Notes: generated by a model not told the origin, from the letters alone. A stretch of DNA of 64,000 nt from Firmicutes bacterium HGW-Firmicutes-3 (GCA_002841435.1 PGZS01000001.1:5328-69327), one strand, 5' to 3'; shown: positions 30,006 through 38,915, counted from the stretch's first letter. A program made the numbers and translations.

Positions 30006-31811
30006 ATGGAATATCTACATTTACAAAAAGGACTTCGACTTAGAGGCAATTTACCTAAAATTGGGATTAGAATAATTGTTGACGGAAGAAGAGATGGTAT
30101 TAGGGAAATGCTTGAAGAGCCAATCTTGATTCAGGCTAAGAAAGTTAAGTTACTGCTTGAAAACAACTTGTTTTACCCAAGTGGAGATAAGGTGCAGGTT
30201 ATACTTTCAGAAACTAGCATAGGTGGCGTCAGCGAAGCGGCAAAGGTGCAAGCACAATTTAACAAAGAGGGTGTTGGCGCAATACTTGATATAACTCGAG
30301 ATTGGGCATATCCATCGGAAGTTATCGATTTGGACCCTGTAATTCCCAAAGCAATCTGGGGATTCAATGGTAGTGAACGGCCCGGTTCAGTCTATCTAGC
30401 ATGTGCCACTGCAACGAGTGAACAAAAGGGATTGCCTGTATTTAAAATTTTTGGGCGCGATGTTCAAGATGCTGATGACTATTCAATTCCAAATGATGTA
30501 GCAGAACAAATTTTACTATTTTGTAAAGCCGCTCTAGCCATAAACATCATGAGAAACAAATCATATCTCTCTATAGGATCTGTTAGTATGGGTATTGGGG
30601 GATCTATCCTAATTCCCGATTTATTTCAAACATATTTTGGTATGAGAAATGAATTTGTAGATATGACTGAAATCATCCGTCGAATAGACAAGGAAATATA
30701 TGACGTTAATGAATTTCATGAAGCTCAAAAATGGGTACAAGAAAATTGTATTGAATATGAAGACACTAATCCTTCTATGATTCAAGAATCAAAAGAAAAA
30801 AAAGCTTCTAACTGGGAAATTGTAATCAAGATGTACCTTATCGCTAGAGACTTAATGATCGGCAATGAAAAATTAAGTGATATTGGTTATAAAGAAGAAA
30901 GCGAAGGACATAATGCTATTCTTGCAGGATTTCAAGGTCAACGGAGTTGGACAGATCACTTTCCTAACGGCGACTTCATGGAAGCGATGCTAAACTCATC
31001 ATTTGACTGGAACGGTATCAGACAGCCTTATTTAATGGCAACAGAAAATGACAGTCTTAATGGATTGTCAATGTTAATGGGACATCTTTTAACAGGTACA
31101 TCACAAATTTTTGCTGATGTACGAACCTACTGGAGTCCTTATGCAATAATGCGAGTCACAAATATGTCCTCGTTGCCAGAGGAAATTTTAAATGGTTTTA
31201 TTTATCTTTCTAATTCAGGTGCTGCTGCTTTAGATGGTACAGGAGAGTCAAGTAAAGATAATAAATCTGCTATATTACCACATTGGGAGATGACAACTAA
31301 TGATGTCAAAAAATGTATCAACGCAACTTCCTGGGGGCCTGCGAAACTATCAGCTTTTAGAGGTGGTGGCTTTTCATCTAACTATACGACAAAAGGTGAT
31401 ATGCCCATGACAATTGTTAAATTAAATTTCATTAAAAATCAAGGTCCAGTACTTCAATTAGCAGAAGGTTTTTCAATTGATCTTCCTACTGATATTAGAG
31501 ACATTATTGTTTCACGTACAGATGAGACTTGGCCCAAGACTTTTTTTGTTCCAAAATTGACAGGAACTGGTGTATTTAAAGATGTTTATTCAGTTATGAA
31601 TAAATGGGCTTCTAATCACTGCTCCATTTCATATGGACACATAGGTCATGAGTTAATAACATTAGCTTCAATGCTTAGAATACCCGTTATGATGCATAAT
31701 GTTGAAGAAGAAAGAATATTTAGACCTAGTATATGGAGCACTATGGGTACCGAATCACTTGAGTCTGCAGATTATAGGGCATGCAATTTACTTGGTTCCT
31801 TATATAAATGA
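30006..31811 (+). CDS. fucI: L-fucose/D-arabinose isomerase family protein (divergent)
   Basis: DGRR, WGFNGSERPG, SMGIGGS, GFQGQR, ATENDSLN (metal Glu), FADVRTYWSP (metal Asp) and WASNH (metal His); 601 aa. Confidence 0.9.
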   Translation: MEYLHLQKGLRLRGNLPKIGIRIIVDGRRDGIREMLEEPILIQAKKVKLLLENNLFYPSGDKVQVILSETSIGGVSEAAKVQAQFNKEGVGAILDITRDWAYPSEVIDLDPVIPKAIWGFNGSERPGSVYLACATATSEQKGLPVFKIFGRDVQDADDYSIPNDVAEQILLFCKAALAINIMRNKSYLSIGSVSMGIGGSILIPDLFQTYFGMRNEFVDMTEIIRRIDKEIYDVNEFHEAQKWVQENCIEYEDTNPSMIQESKEKKASNWEIVIKMYLIARDLMIGNEKLSDIGYKEESEGHNAILAGFQGQRSWTDHFPNGDFMEAMLNSSFDWNGIRQPYLMATENDSLNGLSMLMGHLLTGTSQIFADVRTYWSPYAIMRVTNMSSLPEEILNGFIYLSNSGAAALDGTGESSKDNKSAILPHWEMTTNDVKKCINATSWGPAKLSAFRGGGFSSNYTTKGDMPMTIVKLNFIKNQGPVLQLAEGFSIDLPTDIRDIIVSRTDETWPKTFFVPKLTGTGVFKDVYSVMNKWASNHCSISYGHIGHELITLASMLRIPVMMHNVEEERIFRPSIWSTMGTESLESADYRACNLLGSLYK

Positions 31812-31829
31812 TGAAAATAAATGACATTG

Positions 31830-31838
31830 CCCAAACCT
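31830..31838 (+). repeat. Right target-site duplication CCCAAACCT
   Basis: Directly follows the cryptic IS end TAAATGACATTG (31818-31829). Confidence 0.85.
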
Positions 31839-31884
31839 TTTCTTTTTTTGTGTTTTTATTTCTATTTTAATCTGTTGAAGTCCA

Positions 31885-33531
31885 TTATTTTAATACTTTC
31901 GCTACCCGATTACGTCCTTCAGCTTTTGCCTTATACAGTGCTTTATCAACCCTTGATATAACCGTAGCAGGATCTTCATCTTCTTGCCATATGGCTACAC
32001 CGAAGCTACATGTTAGGCCATCAATTTTATCGAAATTATATGCTTCTATTTTTTTTCTTAGTTTTTCCGCTAAAACACAAGTACCTTCAACATCCGTCTT
32101 TGGCGCAATGATTATAAATTCTTCTCCACCCCACCTACCTAAGATATCGATTTCTCTTACATTTTTCTCCATCAATCTCGACAAGTCATAAAGGGTTTTG
32201 TCACCAATTTGATGTCCAAAGTTATCATTTACATGCTTGAAATGGTCGATGTCAAGTAGTATAACACCAAAGGGCCACTGTGTTCTTTGCGCCCTCTCAA
32301 GTTCCATTTCTAATACTTCATCAATTTTCAGACGGTTGTAGAGTTGGGTTAACTTATCCGTAACCGATAATCTTCTTATTTCTTCTTCCATTTCTTTTCT
32401 CTCTGTATAATCCTCAACGATACCAATACCACCCGTCATGAGTCCCGAGTCATCAAATACCGGCGCAAAAGTAGCACGCACATACACTTCCTTACCTGTT
32501 ATGTTTGATTTATATAAGTCTTCATAAAAAACCGTATTTCCTGTTAAGGATTTTTTAATTACTTGTGCTAGGTTTTCGTCAGGAAGTAACAGCATATTAA
32601 GATTTAGCAACTGTTCTCTTGTCGCACCAATTAAATTACAAAAATATTGATTAATGTTAAGAATCATCCCTTCAGGATTATATTGTATGATTCCGATAGG
32701 TGAGTTTTCAAATATAAGTTCTAACTGCATTTCTCTGTCTTTAATCGATCTTTCATAAGCTTTAAGTAAGGTAATATCCCGAATAACATGAACCACCATT
32801 GTAACATCTTCAACCATATATAGCCTTGCCGAAACTAACCCAATCCGAATTCTATCCGTTTTTGTTTTGAATTTCACTTCGATGTTTTCACAATAGCCTT
32901 GCTCATGCAGCATATGCTTTATGATATCTCTTTTTTCAGGATCATTGGTGTAAATATGAATACTTTCTTCGTTTAATGCTTCTATATCTTCTTCCGAGTA
33001 TCCACTGTTGCTTAAATATGCATTATTATAATCCAGTATCCGAAAATCATCCAATGTTGATATCACCGTAGGTTCTGGTATCATATGAAAAATTGTTTTA
33101 AAGTGGCGTTTCAACTCTTGTTCCATAAGCCTAGCACGTTCTAGGGCTTCCATATCCTCAAAGAGTCTTTCTTTCATCAGTAAAAAAGCACTTGAAAACT
33201 CTCCAAAATAATCCGTATCTTGGGAAAAATCACCTTCCGAAAGTGCCTCCATCTGTGTATTCAAGTATTTTAATTTTGTCTGAAGCTTCGTGATGGCATC
33301 AAAAATTGGCCCTATACCAACAATTTCAAAAGATATATTTCCGTCACTCATCTTTCTCATTATCTCCCTGATTTTCCACATGTCAAGGATCATGCTTTCC
33401 AAACTCTCAAACACAAGTGCCCGCCCATCCAATTCCGACAAAATAGGATCATCCTGTTCGTCTTGGTAGAGTATTAAAGAGATTAAACGTCTAAATTTAT
33501 CAAAGTCTATTTTTTCTTTCATTTCTATCAC
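31885..33531 (-). CDS. PAS-PAS-GGDEF diguanylate cyclase
   Basis: Two PAS-like regions (FHMIPEP..., FENSPIG...), TDKLTQLYNR, NDNFGHQIGD and RWGGEEF. Confidence 0.92.
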   Translation of the reverse strand: MIEMKEKIDFDKFRRLISLILYQDEQDDPILSELDGRALVFESLESMILDMWKIREIMRKMSDGNISFEIVGIGPIFDAITKLQTKLKYLNTQMEALSEGDFSQDTDYFGEFSSAFLLMKERLFEDMEALERARLMEQELKRHFKTIFHMIPEPTVISTLDDFRILDYNNAYLSNSGYSEEDIEALNEESIHIYTNDPEKRDIIKHMLHEQGYCENIEVKFKTKTDRIRIGLVSARLYMVEDVTMVVHVIRDITLLKAYERSIKDREMQLELIFENSPIGIIQYNPEGMILNINQYFCNLIGATREQLLNLNMLLLPDENLAQVIKKSLTGNTVFYEDLYKSNITGKEVYVRATFAPVFDDSGLMTGGIGIVEDYTERKEMEEEIRRLSVTDKLTQLYNRLKIDEVLEMELERAQRTQWPFGVILLDIDHFKHVNDNFGHQIGDKTLYDLSRLMEKNVREIDILGRWGGEEFIIIAPKTDVEGTCVLAEKLRKKIEAYNFDKIDGLTCSFGVAIWQEDEDPATVISRVDKALYKAKAEGRNRVAKVLK

Positions 33532-33653
33532 CTCTACTAAAAGGGCAAACTTATAAACGATAGTATCCTTCCATTATACCACACATTTTAGTCCTTTGAC
33601 ATTATTTATGGGTCTATGGAACTATTTTTATGACTACACCTATAAAAGTTCAT

Positions 33654-33792
33654 AAAAAAAGGTTATAAATCACAATCAAATCAAACGTAGCTGCTAGTGA
33701 TATACACTCTTGCAGCCGAAATTTTATGATCGGTTAGGCTTTACCGAAAATAAAAGTATCTATACGTGTCATTTAACCCAATTTATAACCCA
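33654..33792 (-). ncRNA. Putative structured small RNA of unknown family (~140 nt)
   Basis: Consensus promoter immediately upstream, a 10-bp 5'/3' closing stem, two internal hairpins and a U7 tail; no ORF. Confidence 0.6.
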
Positions 33793-33798
33793 ATCATT

Positions 33799-33827
33799 AT
33801 TATATGATTTAGTGAAATATTTGTCAA
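33799..33827 (-). promoter_or_regulatory. Perfect sigma-A consensus promoter
   Basis: TTGACA (33827-33822), 17-nt spacer, TATAAT (33804-33799) on the minus strand. Confidence 0.8.
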
Positions 33828-33855
33828 TTTAGTGACTCTATTTTTTCGTTTTAAT

Positions 33856-35064
33856 CTAGTACTCGATTTTCTCTTTCTGTATGATGTTAACATTTTTTTC
33901 TACAATATATGCTTCCATTGCCTGAACATCTTTATCACCTCGTCCTGAGAGGTTGACTATAATAATTTTATCCTTAGACAATGTGGGTGCCAGCTTCATA
34001 ATATAGGCAATGGCATGGGCACTTTCAATCGCGGGGATGATACCTTCTGTCTGTGATAAGTATAAGAAAGCTTTTACTGCTTCATCATCTGTAATAGATA
34101 CATATGTTGCTCTATTCGTGTCCTTGAGATAAGCGTGTTCCGGACCTACACCGGGATAATCCAAGCCTGCTGAGATGGAGTAAACCGGACTGATTTCTCC
34201 AGCATCATCTTGAACATAAATGGTATTCATACCATGAATAACGCCTTCTCTACCTTTTGCCATTGTTGCCGCATGCATATCCGTTTCCACGCCCAGCCCA
34301 GCCGCTTCAACACCAATGATGCCAACTTCCTCATAGGGTAAAAATGCATGAAACAATCCAATGGCATTACTACCACCGCCCACACAGGCCACACAATAAT
34401 CCGGAAGTCTTTTTTCCTTTTCTTGTATCTGTGCTAAGGCTTCTTCACCGATAATCTTCTGAAACTCACGAACCATACTTGGATAAGGGTGTGGACCAAC
34501 AGCAGAACCAAGCAAATAGAAGGTATCATCAATACGCTCCACCCATGTCTTTATAGCAGCATCTACAGCATCACTTAAGGTTCTGGTACCTTCTTTGACC
34601 GCCACGACTTTGGCCCCAAGAAGCTCCATGCGAAAAACATTCAGTTGTTGTCTAACTGTATCTTCTTCACCCATATAGATTTCACATTCCATATCAAACA
34701 TGGCCGCTGCTGTGGCTGTAGCCACGCCATGTTGACCAGCTCCAGTCTCGGCAATGATTTTCTTCTTACCCATTCTCTTTGCCAACAGAATCTGTCCGAT
34801 AGCATTGTTAATCTTATGAGCACCTGTATGATTTAGATCCTCACGTTTTAAGTAAATCTTAGCCCCACCCAGTCTACTTGTTAAATTTGCCGCAAAATAT
34901 AAAGGATTCTCGCGCCCTACATATTCTTTTAGATAATACTTGTAATCTTTGATAAAGCTCTCGTCGACAATGGCCGATTCATAGGCTTCTTCTAGTTCTT
35001 GTAGTGCTTTAATGACAGGTTCAGGGACATACTGCCCCCCAAATCTTCCAAACTGATGTTTCAT
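33856..35064 (-). CDS. trpB: Tryptophan synthase beta chain (stand-alone)
   Basis: [39 protein letters not shown] and NLSGRGDKD motifs. Confidence 0.96.
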   Translation of the reverse strand: MKHQFGRFGGQYVPEPVIKALQELEEAYESAIVDESFIKDYKYYLKEYVGRENPLYFAANLTSRLGGAKIYLKREDLNHTGAHKINNAIGQILLAKRMGKKKIIAETGAGQHGVATATAAAMFDMECEIYMGEEDTVRQQLNVFRMELLGAKVVAVKEGTRTLSDAVDAAIKTWVERIDDTFYLLGSAVGPHPYPSMVREFQKIIGEEALAQIQEKEKRLPDYCVACVGGGSNAIGLFHAFLPYEEVGIIGVEAAGLGVETDMHAATMAKGREGVIHGMNTIYVQDDAGEISPVYSISAGLDYPGVGPEHAYLKDTNRATYVSITDDEAVKAFLYLSQTEGIIPAIESAHAIAYIMKLAPTLSKDKIIIVNLSGRGDKDVQAMEAYIVEKNVNIIQKEKIEY

Positions 35065-35132
35065 AATATCATCCTCCCATAAGTTGAATTATTTATCATA
35101 CTACCATAGCACTGTAATAAATTCAATATCAA

Positions 35133-36854
35133 TCATAGCTTATAGACCTTAAGTTCTTTACCAATCTCTTCAACACTTGATTTCAGTAGTTCCATATTTG
35201 ACACTACCACTTCTGTATTAGCCGTCTGTTCTTCTATCAATGCTGTCATTTCTTGTATTTGTGCGGTAGCGTCTTGAGATATATCACTTATAACGACAAA
35301 CTTATCCATAACATCATTTTTGTGCATCATGACAACGTCTGACTTCTTGCCCAGATCATCAATCTCCGACATAACATGATCCATGGAATCTTTTAACTCA
35401 CCGTAAGCCGTCACAGTCTCTTCTAATCTGTTTGTTGATCCGCTGATTAGAGTTGTATTATCCCTATTGGTAATCATTGCCTCATCGATGTCTTTTAAAA
35501 CACTTCCAATGATTGCTTCAATCTCTGTCACAGATTTATTCGATTCTTCCGCCAAGTTACGTATCTCGTTCGCAACCACTGCAAATCCTCTACCTGCTTC
35601 ACCTGCTCTTGCTGCCTCTATTGAAGCATTTAGAGCAAGTAAGTTGGTCTGACTGGCAATCCTTCTAATGGTTTCGATAATGTTCACCACACTGCCTGAT
35701 TTCTCTTCAAGACTTACAAATTTTAAGGTGTTTTTATCAAATCCAACAACCGCGTTTTGAAGACTTTCAGATAGTTTTTCAAGTTCTTCCTCTGAATCTG
35801 CCGTTTTTGTTTTCAGCACTTCCATACCTTTTGATGCTTTACTGATACATGCATCCATAGCACTAATTTCTTCGTCTAAGCGTTCGCCAAGGCTTTTAGC
35901 TAGGATTACTTCTTCTTCTTCTTTAACAACACCATCCGACAATTTCCCAATACGTATGGCATTTTCATTAGAGGAGTCCGAAAGCATTTCCATAGCTTGG
36001 GTTACTTCTAAGTAAGATATAATGACTTTGTTTGTTACTTCTGTGATTTCTGTTATCATTTTCCTATTATTACCAATCATCTGGTTCAAGCTTCTTTGTA
36101 ATATACCCAGTTCAGACTTTAGAGCCTTATGTTGAAATTCCTGCGAAAGATCAAACTTAGCAATCCTAGTAAAAGCTTCCGCCATGGCATTAATTGGATT
36201 CACCAATTGTTTTGTAAAAGTCATAATTATAACCAGCGAGAGTCCTAAAACACCAAGGGAAATAAAGAGGCCCTTTATGAAACCATCTATAAAGCGTTGA
36301 TAATCAGCAGTAATATCAAAATCCGTTCCAATAACAGCTACAACGGTTCCGTCATTATTTTTTATAGGGTAATAGCTGCTCATCATCTTCCCATATTCAC
36401 CGGACTCATATTCTCCAGGCATAGGCACGCCCGTTGATGTTAATGTTTCATAGATTTTTACATAGTCTTCCTCAATAGGTGTTCCAAGGGGGGTGTATAA
36501 TTCGTCACCATCATTATATGCATCTACCAGATAAATCCATTCACCTTTATCATTCAACTTAGAGATATAAACAAATTTTGCACCACTAGACTCTTTTAAG
36601 CCCGTGATAAGACGTTTTAATTCTTGGTAGCCTTCCATGGCTTGATCTTTTTCTAGATTGTAAGCATCTAGCGTTGTAAAATCTACCTGACTGATAATAT
36701 AATTCTTTGTATTGTTGGCTCTGTCTATTGCAGATGACTTAACCATTTCAAACATGATATTAAAGGACGTGATCTGTAATGCAGTACTGCACAAAAAGAT
36801 TAACAGAAATACGATGGATGTCAGCTTAAAGCCGATCTTGTAAATGACTTTCAT
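35133..36854 (-). CDS. Methyl-accepting chemotaxis protein
   Basis: Two TM helices around a Cache-like sensor, HAMP, and [30 protein letters not shown]. Start re-placed to 36854 (GGAGG RBS). Confidence 0.93.
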   Translation of the reverse strand: MKVIYKIGFKLTSIVFLLIFLCSTALQITSFNIMFEMVKSSAIDRANNTKNYIISQVDFTTLDAYNLEKDQAMEGYQELKRLITGLKESSGAKFVYISKLNDKGEWIYLVDAYNDGDELYTPLGTPIEEDYVKIYETLTSTGVPMPGEYESGEYGKMMSSYYPIKNNDGTVVAVIGTDFDITADYQRFIDGFIKGLFISLGVLGLSLVIIMTFTKQLVNPINAMAEAFTRIAKFDLSQEFQHKALKSELGILQRSLNQMIGNNRKMITEITEVTNKVIISYLEVTQAMEMLSDSSNENAIRIGKLSDGVVKEEEEVILAKSLGERLDEEISAMDACISKASKGMEVLKTKTADSEEELEKLSESLQNAVVGFDKNTLKFVSLEEKSGSVVNIIETIRRIASQTNLLALNASIEAARAGEAGRGFAVVANEIRNLAEESNKSVTEIEAIIGSVLKDIDEAMITNRDNTTLISGSTNRLEETVTAYGELKDSMDHVMSEIDDLGKKSDVVMMHKNDVMDKFVVISDISQDATAQIQEMTALIEEQTANTEVVVSNMELLKSSVEEIGKELKVYKL

Positions 36855-37107
36855 AAATTGTTGGTTACCTCCGTGTATTTTGACCTCTTGGTCTTTATAT
36901 TTGGAACTGATAAACAATCCCCTCTGTGAAATTTTATCATTAATCATTCCATTTTTCTACATCTATATTGGTTAATTACTATTTGCACGACTGTAATTTT
37001 TACAATTTATACAACTACATAAGAATATCCATATATTTTTATGGTAAGATGCTTTATATAATGTTAAAATATAGTATAACCTATAGCTTCCATATTCATA
37101 GGCATCT

Positions 37108-37190
37108 AATTATAATAGGCACACCCATTGAAAAATAGGGTCGCAAAACTTGAGTCTAAGGCTTATGCTATGACCGTTTTGTTGCAAAAT
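37108..37190 (+). ncRNA. c-di-GMP-I (GEMM-I) riboswitch
   Basis: AGGCACACCCATT-GAAA-AATAGGGTCGCAAAAC...GAGTCTAAGG...CTATGAC...GTTGC matches the GEMM-I pattern (P2 with GAAA loop, GCAAA junction, P3 with receptor). Confidence 0.85.
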
Positions 37191-37217
37191 TTATCTTAGA
37201 ATTTATGCAACTTTTTT
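37181..37217 (+). terminator. Intrinsic terminator forming the riboswitch expression platform
   Basis: GTTGCAAAAT...ATTTATGCAAC stem followed by TTTTTT; the 5' arm overlaps the aptamer 3' end. Confidence 0.7.
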
Positions 37218-37246
37218 GTGAATCAACTAACTCTGTGAGGTCTTCT

Positions 37247-38479
37247 ATGGCTAGATCAAAGCATACCAAAAATAAACATTTGCATATTTTTACAATCTAT
37301 ACTTTGGGGCATTTTGATGTTATTAAGAATGGTCACTCTCTAATAACATCTACATCTACCTCCAAAAAAATATGGGAGCTCTACAAGTTCATGTTGACCC
37401 ATAGAGATCGCTCTTTTACACCAGAAGCACTCTTGGATCAATTATGGATTTATGAAGAATACAACAATCCAAGAAGTACTTTACGTAGGCAAATGCATCG
37501 ACTCAGGCAGACACTACAAGAAGACAGCAAAAATGACGAAGAAACCACAATCCTCTATGTCAATGGCTATTACAAATGGAATGCCCAAATCGAGCTCATA
37601 TTAGATGCCGACCTATTAGAAGCTCTCCTATTAGAAGGAAATTTACTAAAAAGTTCCAATCCAGAATTGGCACTAGAATCTTATCTCAAAGCTATCGACC
37701 TTTATCTTGGGGATTATCTACCGGAATGTGCTGATCAACATTGGGTTTTTCCTATTCGAAATCAGTATAGAAGACTTTTTGTAAAAGCCATCTACAGTGC
37801 TATCGAACTGTTAAAAACTCAAAGCAATTATGACACCATCATAAAACTATGCCAAAAGGCTATAAAAATCGACATATACGAAGAATCCTTTCATCTCAAT
37901 CTAATGGATGCCTTTCTTGCTATCGGTGAACAACGTCAAGCCTTTAATCATTACCAGTATATTACCGAATTCTATGATCGAGAGATGGGTATCAAGCCTT
38001 CAGATGAAATGAAAGCCATTTACAAGAAGTTACTACAAACCCAACAGTCCCTCTATACAGAGGAGGATCTTCTCAAAGTACTTGAAGCTAATGTTCTTAT
38101 TGAAAATGCCTTCTATTGTGAACCAGATGTCTTCAAGTCTATCTATGAACTCGAACGTCGCCGAAGTGAACGTAGTGGTAATGACTTTAGTATCGGTGTC
38201 CTTAAGCTTAATTTCTCACTCAAAGATACCTTAGCCCAGCGGGACCATCGTATCCGGTTATTAAAAGAATTGCTTATAACCCATCTAAGAAAAGGTGATA
38301 CATTCACACAGTGGAATGACCAACAAATGGTCATACTACTGCCGGGGGTTGATAAAGTTATTACCGAAAAAGTATTAAAAAGGGTGCTTGAACAAGAAGT
38401 CCATGCACCCTCTGTATCGGTCCATCAGATTGACAGTTTAAAAGCTGACTCTAGTCTTAACCTAAATCCATTACTGTAA
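37247..38479 (+). CDS. SARP-like regulator: winged helix + BTAD + degenerate GGDEF-like C-terminal domain
   Basis: IYTLGHF...LLDQLW...TLRRQMHRLR (wHTH), LYLGDYL...E..HL.LM...EMGIKPS (BTAD), and ELERRRSERSG...LRKGD.FTQW (GGDEF-like fold without the signature). Start re-placed to 37247 (GAGG RBS), after the terminator. Confidence 0.82.
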   Translation: MARSKHTKNKHLHIFTIYTLGHFDVIKNGHSLITSTSTSKKIWELYKFMLTHRDRSFTPEALLDQLWIYEEYNNPRSTLRRQMHRLRQTLQEDSKNDEETTILYVNGYYKWNAQIELILDADLLEALLLEGNLLKSSNPELALESYLKAIDLYLGDYLPECADQHWVFPIRNQYRRLFVKAIYSAIELLKTQSNYDTIIKLCQKAIKIDIYEESFHLNLMDAFLAIGEQRQAFNHYQYITEFYDREMGIKPSDEMKAIYKKLLQTQQSLYTEEDLLKVLEANVLIENAFYCEPDVFKSIYELERRRSERSGNDFSIGVLKLNFSLKDTLAQRDHRIRLLKELLITHLRKGDTFTQWNDQQMVILLPGVDKVITEKVLKRVLEQEVHAPSVSVHQIDSLKADSSLNLNPLL

Positions 38480-38501
38480 CTTGTTGATATCAATTTTGTG
38501 G

Positions 38502-38534
38502 TGTAACAGTGTTGTAACGGCCATCTGCTATACT
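38502..38534 (+). promoter_or_regulatory. Direct-repeat activator site (TGTAAC x2, 11-bp period) with extended -10
   Basis: TGTAAC at 38502 and 38513, and TGcTATACT ending at 38534; no canonical -35. Confidence 0.5.
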
Positions 38535-38577
38535 ATATATCACCTACTCTTTTATGGTGATCCTTGTTAGGAGGTAT

Positions 38578-38832
38578 ATGAAAATGTCGAACAAACAATC
38601 TCAAGAATCTAAGACCCAACCTAAAAAAGGCACCAATTTTCTAATCACGATACATCACACTGAAAACTATAGCTACCAAGGTGTCATCCAGTGGCTTGAC
38701 AGCGGAGAAAAGATTCATTTCAGAAGTGAACTCGAACTGATAACGCTTATACACAGTGCTGTCGCAAGACATACTGAAGACGATAAATGTATGCGTGACT
38801 GGGGTCAGACCAAAAAAATAAGTGCTTCATAA
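38578..38832 (+). CDS. Small hypothetical protein (84 aa) downstream of the BTAD regulator
   Basis: AGGAGG RBS; FLITI...ENYSYQGVIQW...FRSELEL motif. Confidence 0.75.
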   Translation: MKMSNKQSQESKTQPKKGTNFLITIHHTENYSYQGVIQWLDSGEKIHFRSELELITLIHSAVARHTEDDKCMRDWGQTKKISAS

Positions 38833-38859
38833 TCTCGCTTTATTCAATTCAATTTTTTT

Positions 38860-38899
38860 AATAAGAGGTTCAAACCATTAGTGGGTTGAACCTCTTATT
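38860..38899. terminator. Hairpin terminator between convergent genes
   Basis: 14-bp perfect stem AATAAGAGGTTCAA / TTGAACCTCTTATT. Confidence 0.8.
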
Positions 38900-38915
38900 G
38901 TGAACTTAGATAAAC

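Larger units (their letters stand above)
14703..31829. mobile_element. 17.1-kb IS4-mobilised transposition unit carrying a rare-sugar catabolic cluster and IS/RIT debris
   Basis: Left end CAATGTCATTTAGTTAA. Right end GAAAATAAATGACATTG matches the IS IR at 14/17 nt with the terminal 12 identical. A 9-bp direct repeat flanks both ends, and the reconstructed empty site is a terminator hairpin. Confidence 0.82.

Noticed and set aside
30006-31811. Interpretation as a standard L-fucose utilisation locus
   Set aside because: No fucK, fucA, fucU, fucO or fucosidase in the cluster, and the linked enzymes are a ketose 3-epimerase and a fructokinase. Not excluded if those genes are elsewhere in the genome.
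33654-33792. Assignment of the structured RNA to SRP, 6S, T-box, or twister/pistol ribozyme
   Set aside because: It lacks the SRP GGAA-loop domain IV motif and the T-box UGGnACC bulge, looks short and branched for 6S, and I could not find the required ribozyme pseudoknots; left unassigned pending Rfam.
37205-37246. Track start codon for the BTAD regulator
   Set aside because: It falls inside the riboswitch terminator; ATG 37247 has a GAGG RBS.
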